64,000 nt of DNA from Burkholderiaceae bacterium (GCA_947455485.1 CANGNV010000001.1:39781-103780), one strand, 5' to 3'. Shown: positions 1 to 11,465, counted from the stretch's first letter. Notes: a model not told the origin generated them from the letters alone. Made by a program: numbers and translations.

Positions 1-1618
1 CCGTGGCGAATGGATCTCTTGGCAGTTTGGCCCCAAGATTACTGAAGCTCTTGCAGAAATAAAGCATGCGTTTGATCCGAATGGATTATTTAATCCTGGC
101 AAGATCGTTGATCCGCCCAAGATGGATGATGCAAGCAACTTCCGCTTTCCACCGAGCTACAAAGTCATTCCACTACAACCGGCCTTAGATTGGTCTGCCT
201 GGAATGTGCAGAACAATCCCGTCACCGAAGAAACGAGTGCGCCAGGTACTGGCGGCGACCCTGCAATGGGTTTAGCCAAAGCCGTTGAGATGTGCAATAA
301 CAATGGGCACTGCCGCAAGTTCGATGCTGAGGTGATGTGCCCAAGTTATCGCGTTACACGTGATGAAAAACACCTCACCCGTGGTCGCGCCAATACTCTG
401 CGTCTCGCCCTATCCAATCAACTGGATATCAAAGACGAAAGCTCGCCCCTCGGAAGTGATGCGATTAAAGAAGTGATGGAACTCTGTGTTAGCTGTAAAG
501 CCTGCCGCCGCGAGTGCCCGACTGGCGTAGACATGGCGAAGATGAAGATTGAGTTTCTGTCAGCCTATAAGAAGCGGACTGGTCACACGCTGCGCGATTT
601 AGCGGTTGCCTACTTACCTAAATACGCCCCAATGATTAGCAGTATTCCAGGCCTTCCTGCCCTACTCAATCTTCGCAATCACATTGCACCGATCGCTAAA
701 TTGCAAGAGTGGGTCATGGGAATCTCCGCTCAAAGAAGTCTGCCAATTTGGAAAGCTAAAACATTCTGGACTGACAAGAGCGCTGTTACCCCTTATCAAT
801 TTACGCCGGCAGAGCTGAGTAAGGCTGATACAAATGGCAATAAGGGTGTGGTGCTTTTGGCTGACACTTTCAACGCTTACTTTGAAGATGAAAACTTACA
901 AGCTGCATTAGCTGTTCTAAAAGCTGCTGGATATCGTGTACATATTCCACAGAAGAGTCTCGACAAAAAAACTACACAAGCTAGCTCAATATCAAGTTCA
1001 CTCAATACCTGCTCTAAAGAATTCTGCTGTGGTCGCACTTACCTAGCGGCAGGTATGGTCGATAAGGCTAAAGCTAGCTTGAATGAATTAGTAAATCATC
1101 TTGCCCCATTTGCTGAAAAAGATATCCCGATTATTGGTCTCGAGCCTTCATGCCTCTTTACCTTAAAGGATGAAGCATTGGTGATGGGTTTTGGTGAGCG
1201 CGCGGTGACGGTAAGTCAGCATGTGCAACTTTTAGAAGAGTTCTTGGCTAGCGAAGTAAAGAGTGGGAAGCTCCAGCTGCAATTAAAACCTGCTTCGCGC
1301 CCCGTCTTATTTCATGGGCATTGCCATCAAAAATCATTTGCCGCTGTCACACCAGCAATGGAACTCTTAAAGTTAATTCCCAATGCGGAGCCTAAGCTTA
1401 TTGAGTCTTCTTGTTGCGGTATGGCTGGTAGCTTTGGTTATGAAGCAGAGCACATTGAAGTGTCAAAGCAAATGGCAGAAGCCAGCCTATTGCCCGCAAT
1501 ACGTAAAGCGCCAGATAGTTGGGTGGTTGCGGATGGGACAAGCTGTCGCCACCAGATTGCCGATGGCACACAAAGAGATGCTGTACACATTGCCAAAATT
1601 CTGGCGGCCCATCTCTAA
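1..1618 (+). CDS. FAD-binding and (Fe-S)-binding oxidoreductase (YdiJ/GlcD-GlcF fusion type), 5'-truncated by the window edge
   Basis: Frame is open from base 2 (RGEWISWQFG...FDPNGLFNPGKI). It has the CNNNGHC...MCPS and CVSCKACRRECP ferredoxin motifs and CCG-domain motifs (FCCGR, HGHCHQ, SCCGMAGSFG). Confidence 0.9.
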   Translation, partial: RGEWISWQFGPKITEALAEIKHAFDPNGLFNPGKIVDPPKMDDASNFRFPPSYKVIPLQPALDWSAWNVQNNPVTEETSAPGTGGDPAMGLAKAVEMCNNNGHCRKFDAEVMCPSYRVTRDEKHLTRGRANTLRLALSNQLDIKDESSPLGSDAIKEVMELCVSCKACRRECPTGVDMAKMKIEFLSAYKKRTGHTLRDLAVAYLPKYAPMISSIPGLPALLNLRNHIAPIAKLQEWVMGISAQRSLPIWKAKTFWTDKSAVTPYQFTPAELSKADTNGNKGVVLLADTFNAYFEDENLQAALAVLKAAGYRVHIPQKSLDKKTTQASSISSSLNTCSKEFCCGRTYLAAGMVDKAKASLNELVNHLAPFAEKDIPIIGLEPSCLFTLKDEALVMGFGERAVTVSQHVQLLEEFLASEVKSGKLQLQLKPASRPVLFHGHCHQKSFAAVTPAMELLKLIPNAEPKLIESSCCGMAGSFGYEAEHIEVSKQMAEASLLPAIRKAPDSWVVADGTSCRHQIADGTQRDAVHIAKILAAHL

Positions 1619-1641
1619 ACTGAATTATTGGAGCAATTGAC

Positions 1642-1983
1642 TTAGCGCATTACGCCGTAAGCGAGCATCAACAGCGTTCCAGTCAATAAGGCTGGGACAA
1701 GACGGCGTGTTGGCTTAGACACCATCACGCTGATACTGAGTACACAAATCAGAATCCGAATCCATACAGGCACGGTTGCCAGAAGGCCAATCGGCATCAA
1801 AATCATTCTGACAACTAAGGCAGCAACCATCGCATAAGTTACTGCTGCAAGCCAGCGAAAGATCTCGCTATCTTGATTAATTCGTTTTGCGAGTAGGACA
1901 CCAATCGCACGGCAGAAGTAGGTGCCGATTGTGGCGCCCGCTAGGGCGATCCATAAACCCCATCCTTGAAGAGCGGCATTCAT
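1642..1983 (-). CDS. azlD: AzlD-family branched-chain amino acid transport protein
   Basis: Small 4-TM protein with TYFCR motif, directly downstream of an AzlC-family gene. Confidence 0.7.
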   Translation of the reverse strand: MNAALQGWGLWIALAGATIGTYFCRAIGVLLAKRINQDSEIFRWLAAVTYAMVAALVVRMILMPIGLLATVPVWIRILICVLSISVMVSKPTRRLVPALLTGTLLMLAYGVMR

Positions 1984-2768
1984 CAGCTAATCACCCCTGC
2001 TTTCTTACGCAATACTTTGCGATCAAAGAAGTAGGCGGCGGTTCCTGCTACCAAGCCAGTAGTGAGCAAGCTGGTATCGCGGTCCAAGATGAAGAAAAAA
2101 GGCCCAAGTACAAATCCTAAGCCAATCGCAATCCGATTAATCCAAGGCTTTACCTCGGTAAAGGTCAGCAAAAAGAATAATGGGTTGATGAAAACGAGGC
2201 CAAGCGTAATTGCCGCGGGAACCATGCCTGCCAGAAAATATCCCAAGATAGTTCCGGGAATAGAGATGAGCCAACATAACAATCCCAAACCAACAAAGTA
2301 ACTCAGGCGATGTTTTGCTTCCATCGTCTGAAACTCGCGCATCGAGATAGCCCAAGCGGTCATTGCTAACAAATGTACCGAAGCATAGAGGCGATGATTG
2401 CGATCTTTCTCATGGAACTGCGGAAAGAGAGTTACCGTCATCGTGATAAAGCGAGTCGAAGTCAGGGAAACGGCCAAAATGATTGCCAAGACTGATGATC
2501 CAGTAATCGCCATCTCTAATAAAACCACCTGGCCAGGCAAGGCAAACATTAAGAAGCTAGTAGCCCCAGTGAACCAAGCATCTACGCCATTAGTTTTGCC
2601 CATCGCCCCAAAACCCACCATACCAGCAAATAAGACCATGGCTGGCGCGCCTGCAGCATCCCGAATACCGGTCCAGAAAGCATCGCTGCGATTTTTAAAA
2701 CGCTGTGCTGCTGAACCCTCTAGAGCAATTTCGCTAGGGTCTATAAAAGGTTGATCAGCTGATGACAT
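1983..2768 (-). CDS. azlC: AzlC-family permease
   Basis: Multi-TM protein with AzlC-like segments (GFGAM, FALPGQ, W..GT..G). Start trimmed to the ATG at 2768 to avoid overlapping queG. Confidence 0.8.
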   Translation of the reverse strand: MSSADQPFIDPSEIALEGSAAQRFKNRSDAFWTGIRDAAGAPAMVLFAGMVGFGAMGKTNGVDAWFTGATSFLMFALPGQVVLLEMAITGSSVLAIILAVSLTSTRFITMTVTLFPQFHEKDRNHRLYASVHLLAMTAWAISMREFQTMEAKHRLSYFVGLGLLCWLISIPGTILGYFLAGMVPAAITLGLVFINPLFFLLTFTEVKPWINRIAIGLGFVLGPFFFILDRDTSLLTTGLVAGTAAYFFDRKVLRKKAGVIS

Positions 2769-2812
2769 GAAATCATTGTAAGTGAGATGGGGGCAACATT
2801 TCCAAACCGAGC

Positions 2813-3907
2813 TTAAGAACCTAGGGCCCACTGGATATGCTCGGCGACCAATGCGTCTGCCACGGGCAAAGCATCACCTAGAGCTGTTCGCAGCAAGTCT
2901 TTATCTACCTCAGGCACAGCGCTATCAGCCAGAGCATTACCCATAGCCACCGCTAAGTTTCTACGCCAGCGGGAGTAACCGATGCGGCGGATGGCACTGC
3001 CCTCGTGGCGCTTTTCAAATTCATCTTCAGTCCAAGACCAAAGTTGCAAGAGACTTGCTCTGCCAAGACCATGACGCTCAGCAAAATCCGGCAAGGTAGA
3101 TCTTTGCGCAAACTTATTCCAAGGGCAAATCAATTGACAGTCATCGCATCCGTAAACGCGATTACCCATCGCCCTACGAAACTCTATCGGAATGGCATCC
3201 GGATTTTCAATCGTCAAATAGGAGATGCAGCGTCGCGCATCCAATTGGTAAGGCGCAGTAATGGCCTGTGTTGGACAAACATCAATACAGGCTTGGCAGG
3301 TGCCACAATGCGGCTCTTCTTCTTGGTCAATCGGAAGAGGGACATCCACTAGGATTTCACCCAAAAAGAATGTCGACCCTGATTCACGATTCAGCAGTAG
3401 TGTATGTTTACCTCGCCAACCTAAGCCCGCCTTCCGAGCCAGCTCGACCTCCATCAATGGCGCTGAATCCGTAAAGACGCGATAACCAAACGATCCAATT
3501 TTCTTTTCAATCAGCTGCGCAAATTCTTGTAAACGATTACGCATGACCTTGTGATAGTCACGTCCTCGCGCATACACTGAGACCACAGCCCGAGTAGAGT
3601 CCTTCAATCTATCCCACTCATTGTCAAAATCAATGGTGGGTGAAAGGTAATTCATGGTGACGCAGATTACCCTGACAGCTCCTGGAACCAGCATGCCCGG
3701 ATCAGAGCGAACCTTGGCATGCCTGGACATATATTCCATCTGACCATGGCGACCCTGCTCTAACCACTCATGAAGCCGTTTTGTGGCTGATCCAAGATGG
3801 GTATCAGTAATACGTAAACCATCAAAACCCAATACACGAGACTGTTCATCTAGCCATTCACGCAGATTGGTCTGATCAACAGGGTTCGGTATTTGGGAAG
3901 AAGTCAT
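2813..3907 (-). CDS. queG: Epoxyqueuosine reductase
   Basis: YARGRDYH, DSAPLME, CGTCQACIDVCP and YGCDDCQLICPWN motifs; divergent from tsaE-amiC. Confidence 0.95.
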   Translation of the reverse strand: MTSSQIPNPVDQTNLREWLDEQSRVLGFDGLRITDTHLGSATKRLHEWLEQGRHGQMEYMSRHAKVRSDPGMLVPGAVRVICVTMNYLSPTIDFDNEWDRLKDSTRAVVSVYARGRDYHKVMRNRLQEFAQLIEKKIGSFGYRVFTDSAPLMEVELARKAGLGWRGKHTLLLNRESGSTFFLGEILVDVPLPIDQEEEPHCGTCQACIDVCPTQAITAPYQLDARRCISYLTIENPDAIPIEFRRAMGNRVYGCDDCQLICPWNKFAQRSTLPDFAERHGLGRASLLQLWSWTEDEFEKRHEGSAIRRIGYSRWRRNLAVAMGNALADSAVPEVDKDLLRTALGDALPVADALVAEHIQWALGS

Positions 3908-3950
3908 TAGGAATACAGAATGTAGCTTAATAATTGAATAAACTAGGCAA

Positions 3951-4481
3951 ATGGCTCAGAATTCATTTAATCAATATTGTAGGCAAGAAGCGGATACCAC
4001 TGCCTTAGCGCAAAAGCTTGCCAGCAGCCTTAGCCATCTTTTTCAAGCAGATCACAGCGCTCATCTCAATATCTCCCTAGAGGGCGATCTGGGGGCCGGC
4101 AAGACCACCTTTGCCCGACATCTAATACAAGCCCTGGGATACGAGGGTCGCGTCAAGAGTCCAACCTATACTTTGTGTGAGCCTTATCCCATTCAATTCA
4201 ACAGTAGCAATCCGTCCACCGCTACAAACATCACAGCCCACCACTTCGACCTCTACCGTATGCGGGATCCACTGGAATGGCAAGAAGCTGGCTTTGCAGA
4301 ACATTTTGATGAGCCCGGATTTTGTTTAGTGGAGTGGCCAGAAAAAGCCGAAGGCACCCTACCCGCTTTTGATATTGAAATTCATCTCATTGCTGGTGAT
4401 GATGAAAACGCAAGAAACATTAGTTTCAAAGCCAACTCTAGCCAGGGAATAGTTGTTATCGAAAAGACGCAAACCCAATAG
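3951..4481 (+). CDS. tsaE: tRNA threonylcarbamoyladenosine biosynthesis ATPase
   Basis: GDLGAGKTT, VKSPTY, HFDLYR and LVEWP motifs. Confidence 0.95.
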   Translation: MAQNSFNQYCRQEADTTALAQKLASSLSHLFQADHSAHLNISLEGDLGAGKTTFARHLIQALGYEGRVKSPTYTLCEPYPIQFNSSNPSTATNITAHHFDLYRMRDPLEWQEAGFAEHFDEPGFCLVEWPEKAEGTLPAFDIEIHLIAGDDENARNISFKANSSQGIVVIEKTQTQ

Positions 4482-4483
4482 AG

Positions 4484-5821
4484 ATGAGCAAGCCCCTGAT
4501 AAATTCCTCCAGAAGAAAGCATCTCAAGACTTCGGCAAAGATGTTGGGTTTTATCCTCTTCTTTAGCGAAGCAGAGATAGCCTGGGGCGCCAAGATCTTA
4601 GGTGTACGTATTTGGCCAGCAGAGGATTACACGCGCATCACTCTGGAGTCGGACAAAGCATTACCTATTACCCAGCAACTACTGACCAATCCCGATCGCC
4701 TAGTTGTAGACGTTCAAGGCATGGAATTGAATTCCACCCTGAAAGACTTGGTTGCTAAAGTCAAACCAAATGATCCTTATGTTTCACAAATTCGAGTGGG
4801 CCAATTCCAGCCTGGCATGGTGCGCCTGGTATTTGACCTCAAAGAGCCCGTAAAGCCTCAACTCTTTACGCTGGACCCGATTGCTGAATACCAATACCGC
4901 ATGGTGCTCGATCTCTACCCAGCTATCCCGCCAGACCCTTTGATGGAATTGGTGAAGAGTAGCGCCCGCAAAGAAAGTGCTTTAGAAAAAGCCAATGAAG
5001 AAATTGACTTGATTGCACAGTTCGCCACCAAGAAAGAAAAGGATGCTCCAAAGGCGCCGGTAGCCCAAGCGATTCCGGATGTAAAAGAGTCGCTTGCTCA
5101 AACAAAGCATAAACGCCTCATTACTATTGCAATCGATGCAGGGCATGGCGGAGAGGATCCAGGTGCAATTGGCACTATGGGCTCTAAAGAAAAGCATGTG
5201 GTGCTATCGATTGCCAAACGCTTGCGTGACAAGATTGAAAACGATCCATACATGCGTCCATTCCTAACTAGAGATGGCGATTACTTTGTACCGCTTCATA
5301 CTCGCGTACAAAAAGCACGTCGAGTAGAGGCAGATCTATTTGTTTCCATTCATGCTGATGCCTTTATTGAACCAAGAGCAAAAGGGGCGTCAGTTTTTGC
5401 GCTATCCCAAATGGGTGCCAGTAGCACAACCGCACGCTGGATGGCTAACAAAGAAAATGCCTCCGACTTAATTGGCGGCATCAACATCAAAACCCAAGAT
5501 AAGCAATTAGCGAATCTATTGCTGGATATGTCCACAACCGCCCAGATCAAAGACTCACTTCAAGTAGGCACATCGATCCTCAAGCAAATTAGTGGATTTG
5601 CGCCATTACACAAAGGGAAAGTCGAGCAAGCTAGCTTTGCCGTTCTCAAGGCCCCCGATATCCCATCCATCCTGGTAGAAACTGCCTTTATCAGTAACCC
5701 CCAGGAAGAAGCTCGCCTCAATGACGATGCCTACCAAGACCGTATTGCAGAGGCAATTTTGAGAGGAATTAAGGACTATTTCTCCAAAAATCCACCGGTT
5801 GCCAGACGGGTAAACGCGTAG
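4484..5821 (+). CDS. amiC: N-acetylmuramoyl-L-alanine amidase (AMIN + Amidase_3)
   Basis: N-terminal SRRKHL Tat-like signal; IDAGHGGEDPGA, SIHAD and LVETAF motifs. Confidence 0.9.
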   Translation: MSKPLINSSRRKHLKTSAKMLGFILFFSEAEIAWGAKILGVRIWPAEDYTRITLESDKALPITQQLLTNPDRLVVDVQGMELNSTLKDLVAKVKPNDPYVSQIRVGQFQPGMVRLVFDLKEPVKPQLFTLDPIAEYQYRMVLDLYPAIPPDPLMELVKSSARKESALEKANEEIDLIAQFATKKEKDAPKAPVAQAIPDVKESLAQTKHKRLITIAIDAGHGGEDPGAIGTMGSKEKHVVLSIAKRLRDKIENDPYMRPFLTRDGDYFVPLHTRVQKARRVEADLFVSIHADAFIEPRAKGASVFALSQMGASSTTARWMANKENASDLIGGINIKTQDKQLANLLLDMSTTAQIKDSLQVGTSILKQISGFAPLHKGKVEQASFAVLKAPDIPSILVETAFISNPQEEARLNDDAYQDRIAEAILRGIKDYFSKNPPVARRVNA

Positions 5822-5886
5822 CGCTCTTGTAACTACAAGGCGTAGAGGGAAAACCCAGCAAACCGGGGGAAGTCAAACCAAGTTCT

Positions 5887-5895
5887 TGCTATAAT
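5887..5895 (+). promoter_or_regulatory. Extended -10 promoter element of tRNA-Lys
   Basis: TGcTATAAT located 12 nt upstream of the tRNA 5' end. Confidence 0.6.
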
Positions 5896-5907
5896 TTCTG
5901 TCTTACT

Positions 5908-5983
5908 GGGTCGGTAGCTCAGTCGGTAGAGCAGCGGACTTTTAATCCGTTGGTCGCGAGTTCGAATCTCGCCCGACCCACCA
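5908..5983 (+). tRNA. tRNA-Lys (anticodon TTT)
   Basis: 76 nt, GGGTCGG...CCGACCC-A-CCA; D arm AGCTCAGTCGGTAGAGC; anticodon loop CTTTTAA; T loop GTTCGAATC. Confidence 0.97.
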
Positions 5984-6017
5984 GTAATACCAAAAGCCAC
6001 CTTCGGGTGGCTTTTTC
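5942..6017 (+). repeat. Left att-like direct repeat (tRNA 3' half + terminator)
   Basis: TTAATCCGTTGG...GGTGGCTTTTTC is identical to 26250-26325. Confidence 0.95.
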
Positions 6018-6022
6018 TTTTT
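5992..6022. terminator. Bidirectional intrinsic terminator (tRNA-Lys / ppc)
   Basis: AAAAGCCACC-TTCG-GGTGGCTTTTT between convergent transcripts. Confidence 0.85.
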
Positions 6023-6068
6023 CGCAACGCAATGAATTTGCCACGCCATGAAGCCGCTACCAATTTAG

Positions 6069-8864
6069 TTAACCGGTATTCCTTAGCCCTGCGGCAATGC
6101 CATTAATCGCAATATGAATTCCTCTTTGCACTCGCTCATCATGCTTGCCGGCACGGTAGCGTCGCACCAACTCAATCTGCAAGTGGTGAAGCGGGTCAAT
6201 GTAAGGGAATCGATTCCTAATTGATCTTGCTAGGGCTGGATTCTTGGCTAAACGCACCTTTTCACCAGTAACCAAGCTCAAAGCATTAACCGTTTTATTC
6301 CATTCAGCCTCAATTGCGCCAAAGATTCTTTTACGCAACTTTACATCCAGGACAAGCTCACTATAGCGAGATGCTAGCGCCAGATCGCTCTTAGCCAAAG
6401 CCATATCCATATTCGATAGCAAGGTTCTAAAAAATGGCCACTCCCTGTACATCTTTTGCAAAAGACTAAGGGCCGCCTTTTTATCCGATGCATTTCCTTG
6501 ATTTAAGAACTCTTGCACAGCAGAACCAAAGCCGAACCAACCTGGCAGCGTTAAGCGACATTGACCCCAGCTAAAGCCCCATGGAATAGCCCTGAGGTCT
6601 TCTATCTTTTGAGTCGCTTTACGACTAGCAGGACGGGAACCAATGTTGAGCTTAGCAATCTCTCGTATCGGTGTTGCATTAAAGAAGTACTCAGAAAACC
6701 CTGGAGTCTCATAGACCAAACCACGATAAGCGTTCATGCTAGCTTGCGATAATTGGGCTGCAGCATCTAAGAAGGCTTTACTTGCCTGTTTAGTCGGCTT
6801 CAATAAAGTGGCTTCTAAGGTAGCGGCTACTAAGGTTTCTAAATTGCGTCTACCAATCTCAGGATTAGCGTACTTCGATCCAATCACTTCACCCTGCTCC
6901 GTTAAACGAATTTGGCCGCGGACTGTACCTGGAGGCTGTGCCAGAATGGCCTCATAACTTGGACCACCACCACGACCTACTGTGCCACCTCTACCGTGGA
7001 ATAGGCGTAATTTGACTCCATGCTTTTGTTCCAGAGGCTCAAATACTTTCACCAGGGCAAGTTCGGCGCAATACAACTCCCAGTTGCTAGTCACAATCCC
7101 GCCATCCTTATTGGAATCAGAATACCCCAACATAATGTCTTGTTCAGCACCAGATCGTTTTACCAAATCCAGAATGCCAGGCAAGGCATAAAACTCTTGC
7201 ATGATGGGAGCGGCATTCCGCAAGTCTTCAATCGTCTCAAATAGTGGAACTACGATCAGATCAGCCCAGGATTTTTTGCCCACAGTCTCATGCATTAAGC
7301 CCACTTCTTTTTGAAGTAATAAGACTTCTAGCAAATCACTGACAGTTTCAGTATGACTAATGATGTAATGGCGAATGGTCTCAGCACCAAAGAGCTGACG
7401 CATTTTCTTGGCCATCTCAAAAATGGCAATCTCAGAAACCGTAAAATCAGAATATCCATGACCCAGCACACGCAGTGGCCTTGGGTCTTTTAATAGGGAA
7501 ACTAGAAGTTCGCGCTTTTGCACTTCAGAAAGACTGGAGTAGTCTTTTTCAACTGATGACACCTGCAGGAGCTCAGCTAGCACTGCTTCATGCATATCTG
7601 AGCTTTGACGTAAATCCACGGTCGCCAAATGAAAGCCGAACACCTCAACAGTACGAATCAAGCCACGTAGGCGACGATCGGACAGGGCTTTGGCCCCTTG
7701 GGAGACTAGTGAAGCTTCAATAGTTTTAAGGTCCGAAAGAAATTCTTGTGCATTAGCGTAAGGATTTTGAGGTGCCACAGCATGACGGGCTGCATCAGTA
7801 CCAGTTAGTACTTTTAAGGTAGCAGCTAGCCTAGAGTACATGCCTGTAAGGGCCCTGCGATAGGGCTCATCCTGGCGATGCTCATTGGTGTCTGGAGATG
7901 CAGCAGCAAGCTCTTGCATCTTTTTAGGAAACTTCAAGAGCAATGCAGAGACTGATAGCTCCCTACCTAAATGATGCGCTTCAGTTAAGTAATGTCGCAA
8001 CACCATTTCAGCCTGTCTTGAAACTGCGTACTCAAGTGTCTTGGCACTCACATTGGGGTTACCATCTCTATCCCCACCGATCCACTGACCCATCTTCAAA
8101 AAGCTGGCGACTGCATTACCTGCTAGAGAGTCTTCTAATTGAGCATAGATCTTTGGAATCTCTCTTAGAAAGGTTGTCTCGTAATACGTGAGCGCATTTT
8201 CAATTTCATCAGCAACAGTCAGTTTGGTAAAGCGCAATAAGCGGGTATGCCAAAGCTGTAGCACCCGAGAGCGGATTTGTTCCTCATTAGCCTTGAGCTC
8301 TTTATCAAGCAAAGGGTCTTTTTGTGGATTGTTCGCCTTAGATGATTCTTTGATCTGATCCCGCGCAGTTAATAAATTAGCAATATCGCGTTCAGCCTCC
8401 AAGATACTGGTTCTCTGCACTTCGGTTGGGTGAGCGGTCAATACAGGTGAAATCAAGCTTGCTTCCAATGTCTTGGAGATCATCTTGCTGGTCACGCCAG
8501 CAGCATGAAGCTTTTTTATGGCTACTGGAATGCTGCCATCTTGATAACTACCCATGCGCTCATAAGCTACGCGGCGGCGAATATGGTGACGATCTTCGGC
8601 CAAATTGGCCAAATGACTGAAGTAAGTAAAGGCTCTGAGGACCTTCATTGCGCTATCGCTACTCAAACCTTTGAGTAATCTCGTGAGCTCCTGATTAGCC
8701 TTTTGATTCTCATCACGATGAAAGGAAACGGATAGCTTTCTGATTTGTTCCACTAAGCCATAAACGGCATCGCCATCTTGCTCACGAACAACATCACCAA
8801 GAATCTTGCCTAGCAGGCGAATATCCTCGGTTAAAGGTATTTCAGAATTTTCCTTAGTTGCCAT
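6069..8864 (-). CDS. ppc: Phosphoenolpyruvate carboxylase
   Basis: [44 protein letters not shown] and C-terminal RNTG. Confidence 0.97.
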   Translation of the reverse strand: MATKENSEIPLTEDIRLLGKILGDVVREQDGDAVYGLVEQIRKLSVSFHRDENQKANQELTRLLKGLSSDSAMKVLRAFTYFSHLANLAEDRHHIRRRVAYERMGSYQDGSIPVAIKKLHAAGVTSKMISKTLEASLISPVLTAHPTEVQRTSILEAERDIANLLTARDQIKESSKANNPQKDPLLDKELKANEEQIRSRVLQLWHTRLLRFTKLTVADEIENALTYYETTFLREIPKIYAQLEDSLAGNAVASFLKMGQWIGGDRDGNPNVSAKTLEYAVSRQAEMVLRHYLTEAHHLGRELSVSALLLKFPKKMQELAAASPDTNEHRQDEPYRRALTGMYSRLAATLKVLTGTDAARHAVAPQNPYANAQEFLSDLKTIEASLVSQGAKALSDRRLRGLIRTVEVFGFHLATVDLRQSSDMHEAVLAELLQVSSVEKDYSSLSEVQKRELLVSLLKDPRPLRVLGHGYSDFTVSEIAIFEMAKKMRQLFGAETIRHYIISHTETVSDLLEVLLLQKEVGLMHETVGKKSWADLIVVPLFETIEDLRNAAPIMQEFYALPGILDLVKRSGAEQDIMLGYSDSNKDGGIVTSNWELYCAELALVKVFEPLEQKHGVKLRLFHGRGGTVGRGGGPSYEAILAQPPGTVRGQIRLTEQGEVIGSKYANPEIGRRNLETLVAATLEATLLKPTKQASKAFLDAAAQLSQASMNAYRGLVYETPGFSEYFFNATPIREIAKLNIGSRPASRKATQKIEDLRAIPWGFSWGQCRLTLPGWFGFGSAVQEFLNQGNASDKKAALSLLQKMYREWPFFRTLLSNMDMALAKSDLALASRYSELVLDVKLRKRIFGAIEAEWNKTVNALSLVTGEKVRLAKNPALARSIRNRFPYIDPLHHLQIELVRRYRAGKHDERVQRGIHIAINGIAAGLRNTG

Positions 8865-8951
8865 TTAATTTTTTTAGAATAAAGATCTAGCGTACCACCG
8901 GAATCTGGCTTTAACTAGCCGATATCAATAATTACAGGGGGCACGATGACT

Positions 8952-9647
8952 TTATACGGATTTAAGGGCAGAACGCATCGATGCAATAACCTCTTGATAG
9001 TCAGGCTTTGAATAAATTGCGGAGCCTGACACAAAAGTATCTGCTCCAGCTTGAGCAATCTGTGCAATATTGCTTACATTTACACCGCCATCTACCTCAA
9101 GCCGAATTTTTTTGCCGCCATTGGCTTCATGGGCATTCAAAATCTTTCTAACTGATCTCAACTTATCTAGGGTTGATGGAATAAATGATTGGCCCCCAAA
9201 ACCAGGATTAACAGACATTAACAAAATCAAATCAACTTTATCAAGAATGTAATCCAAGCAACTTAAAGGAGTTGCGGGATTTAAGGTAATACCAGCCTGA
9301 CAACCACTATCCCTAATGAGACCTAAGGTGCGATCAATATGGGCGCTAGCCTCAGGATGAAAGCTAATTAAATTTGCACCCGCTTTAGCGAAGTCTGGAA
9401 TGATGCGATCAACGGGCTGAACCATGAGATGAACATCTATACATGCTGGCTGGCCATCTTTAACAGCATAAGATCGTATCGCTTCGCATACCAAAGGTCC
9501 AATGGTCAAGTTAGGTACGTAATGATTATCCATTACATCAAAATGAATCCAGTCCGCACCAGCAGCCAACACGCTACTGACCTCTTCTCCCAGTCGCGCA
9601 AAGTCTGCCGATAAAATTGATGGGGCGATGATGTATTGATTATTCAT
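8952..9647 (-). CDS. rpe: Ribulose-phosphate 3-epimerase (CbbE)
   Basis: [26 protein letters not shown] and VDGG motifs. Confidence 0.96.
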   Translation of the reverse strand: MNNQYIIAPSILSADFARLGEEVSSVLAAGADWIHFDVMDNHYVPNLTIGPLVCEAIRSYAVKDGQPACIDVHLMVQPVDRIIPDFAKAGANLISFHPEASAHIDRTLGLIRDSGCQAGITLNPATPLSCLDYILDKVDLILLMSVNPGFGGQSFIPSTLDKLRSVRKILNAHEANGGKKIRLEVDGGVNVSNIAQIAQAGADTFVSGSAIYSKPDYQEVIASMRSALKSV

Positions 9648-9674
9648 ATAATTTCCTAGATGCGCACTAATCTA

Positions 9675-10685
9675 CTAAACAGCCATCAAAGCCTGTGTGG
9701 TACGAAGCATTTGACAGCTATAACCCCATTCATTGTCATACCAAGAAAGCACCTTTACCAACTTGCCATCCTTAGAGACACGAGTTTGAGTGCTATCAAA
9801 AATACTGGGCAAAGGATTATGGTTAAAGTCTACAGAAACCAAAGGTAAAGTGTTGTAAGCCAATACCCCCTTTAGAGCTCCCTCGCTGGCTTTCTTTAGA
9901 ATTTCATTTACCTCATCTACACTGGTTTTGCGGGATGGTACAAAAGTTAAATCAACTACTGAGACATTAATGACGGGGACTCGCATTGCGAAGCCATCGA
10001 ACTTACCCTGTAACTCTGGTAGTACCAAACCTACAGCTTTGGCTGCACCCGTTTTAGTGGGAATCATACTCATCGTTGCAGATCGAGCTCGGCGCATATC
10101 CTTGTGATATACATCGGTTAATACTTGGTCATTGGTATAAGCATGGATGGTAGTCATGAGGCCAGATTCAATGCCAATGCTATCTAACAGGGGCTTAACA
10201 ATTGGAGCTAGGCAATTAGTTGTGCAACTAGCATTAGAGACAACTATATCGGTAGGCTTTAATGATTGATGGTTGACGCCGTAAACAATTGTGGCATCTA
10301 CATCATTTTCTCCCGGGGCAGAAATCAATACTTTTTTTGCGCCTTGCTGGATATGCACCATAGCCTTTTCTTTTGAAGTGAAGACGCCAGAACACTCAAG
10401 AACCACATCCACATCGTAATCCCCCCATGGTGTTTCTTGAGGGTTACGGGTTGAGAACATTTTTATTCGATCACCATTGATGACCATATTGTCGCCATCA
10501 ACTGTAACTGTTCCAGGAAAACGACTATGTGCAGAATCGTACTGCGTAAGATGGGCGTTCATCTCAATTCCACCCAATCCATTAATAGCTACAACCTTAA
10601 TATCATCGAATTTTTCTTCGTAGATGGCACGCAACATCATGCGTCCAATACGGCCATAACCATTAATTGCGACTTTGATAGTCAT
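9675..10685 (-). CDS. gap: Type I glyceraldehyde-3-phosphate dehydrogenase (CbbG)
   Basis: [19 protein letters not shown] and WYDNEWG motifs. Confidence 0.95.
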   Translation of the reverse strand: MTIKVAINGYGRIGRMMLRAIYEEKFDDIKVVAINGLGGIEMNAHLTQYDSAHSRFPGTVTVDGDNMVINGDRIKMFSTRNPQETPWGDYDVDVVLECSGVFTSKEKAMVHIQQGAKKVLISAPGENDVDATIVYGVNHQSLKPTDIVVSNASCTTNCLAPIVKPLLDSIGIESGLMTTIHAYTNDQVLTDVYHKDMRRARSATMSMIPTKTGAAKAVGLVLPELQGKFDGFAMRVPVINVSVVDLTFVPSRKTSVDEVNEILKKASEGALKGVLAYNTLPLVSVDFNHNPLPSIFDSTQTRVSKDGKLVKVLSWYDNEWGYSCQMLRTTQALMAV

Positions 10686-10731
10686 AAAACTCCTTGAATG
10701 ATAAAAAGGTTTTTAATTGAATTGGGAATTT

Positions 10732-11436
10732 CTAAAAAATTGGATGCAATTCAGAAAATTCATTTGCGATAAGTTTTGCACCAGAAAACTGGGCATCGAA
10801 AAAAAATTGGCTTCTCACGACTAAAACTTCTAATCCAGCCTGTCTCGCTGACAAAAGTCCATTGTCAGAATCTTCTATAGCCAAGCAAATATTGGGTTGT
10901 ACACCCATTTTTTCCATTGCAAGGAGATAGGCTTCTGGATGTGGTTTTTTCTTGACGACATCCTCACCACAGATCACCACTAAGGGGGTTTGTTGAATTT
11001 CATTTTTCAATACAGATCGCCATAAGCTATTCCAATTTGAATAACTTGTAGTGGTAACAACACCCCATGACTTACCTTGTTCTGAAATCTGATTGATAAA
11101 GTTGATTAAGCCCGGTCGGGCCACGACTTTACCAGTCTGCATCAGTTCGCCATAGATTTGATTTTTGGTCAAATGCACATTTTTAAGGAGTTCATCGCTG
11201 AGAAATTGATCATTGCCAGGATTGATCCCTTGATAGGATCGATAGCTTTTCAAACGCTCAAAACCGCCTGTAATTTTCAATAGCTCTCGATAAACCTGGG
11301 CATCCCATCGCCACGGAATTGCATGCTTCTCAAATGCGGCATTAAAAGCTGGTAGATGTCCTAAACCTTCAGTTTCAGCGATAGTTCCATCGACATCAAA
11401 CAAGAACAGCTCATAAGGTCTTAAGTCAAACTTCAT
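10732..11436 (-). CDS. cbbY: HAD hydrolase, CbbY family (xylulose-1,5-bisphosphate phosphatase-like)
   Basis: FDVDGTIAETE..GH..AFN.AF, KKPHP and IEDS motifs; located in the cbb operon. Confidence 0.88.
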   Translation of the reverse strand: MKFDLRPYELFLFDVDGTIAETEGLGHLPAFNAAFEKHAIPWRWDAQVYRELLKITGGFERLKSYRSYQGINPGNDQFLSDELLKNVHLTKNQIYGELMQTGKVVARPGLINFINQISEQGKSWGVVTTTSYSNWNSLWRSVLKNEIQQTPLVVICGEDVVKKKPHPEAYLLAMEKMGVQPNICLAIEDSDNGLLSARQAGLEVLVVRSQFFFDAQFSGAKLIANEFSELHPIF

Positions 11437-11465
11437 CTATCGACACCAGTATTTAAATGGTTAAC

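Noticed and set aside
5833-6063. 76-aa minus-strand ORF
   Set aside because: It is the antisense reading of tRNA-Lys and its terminator.
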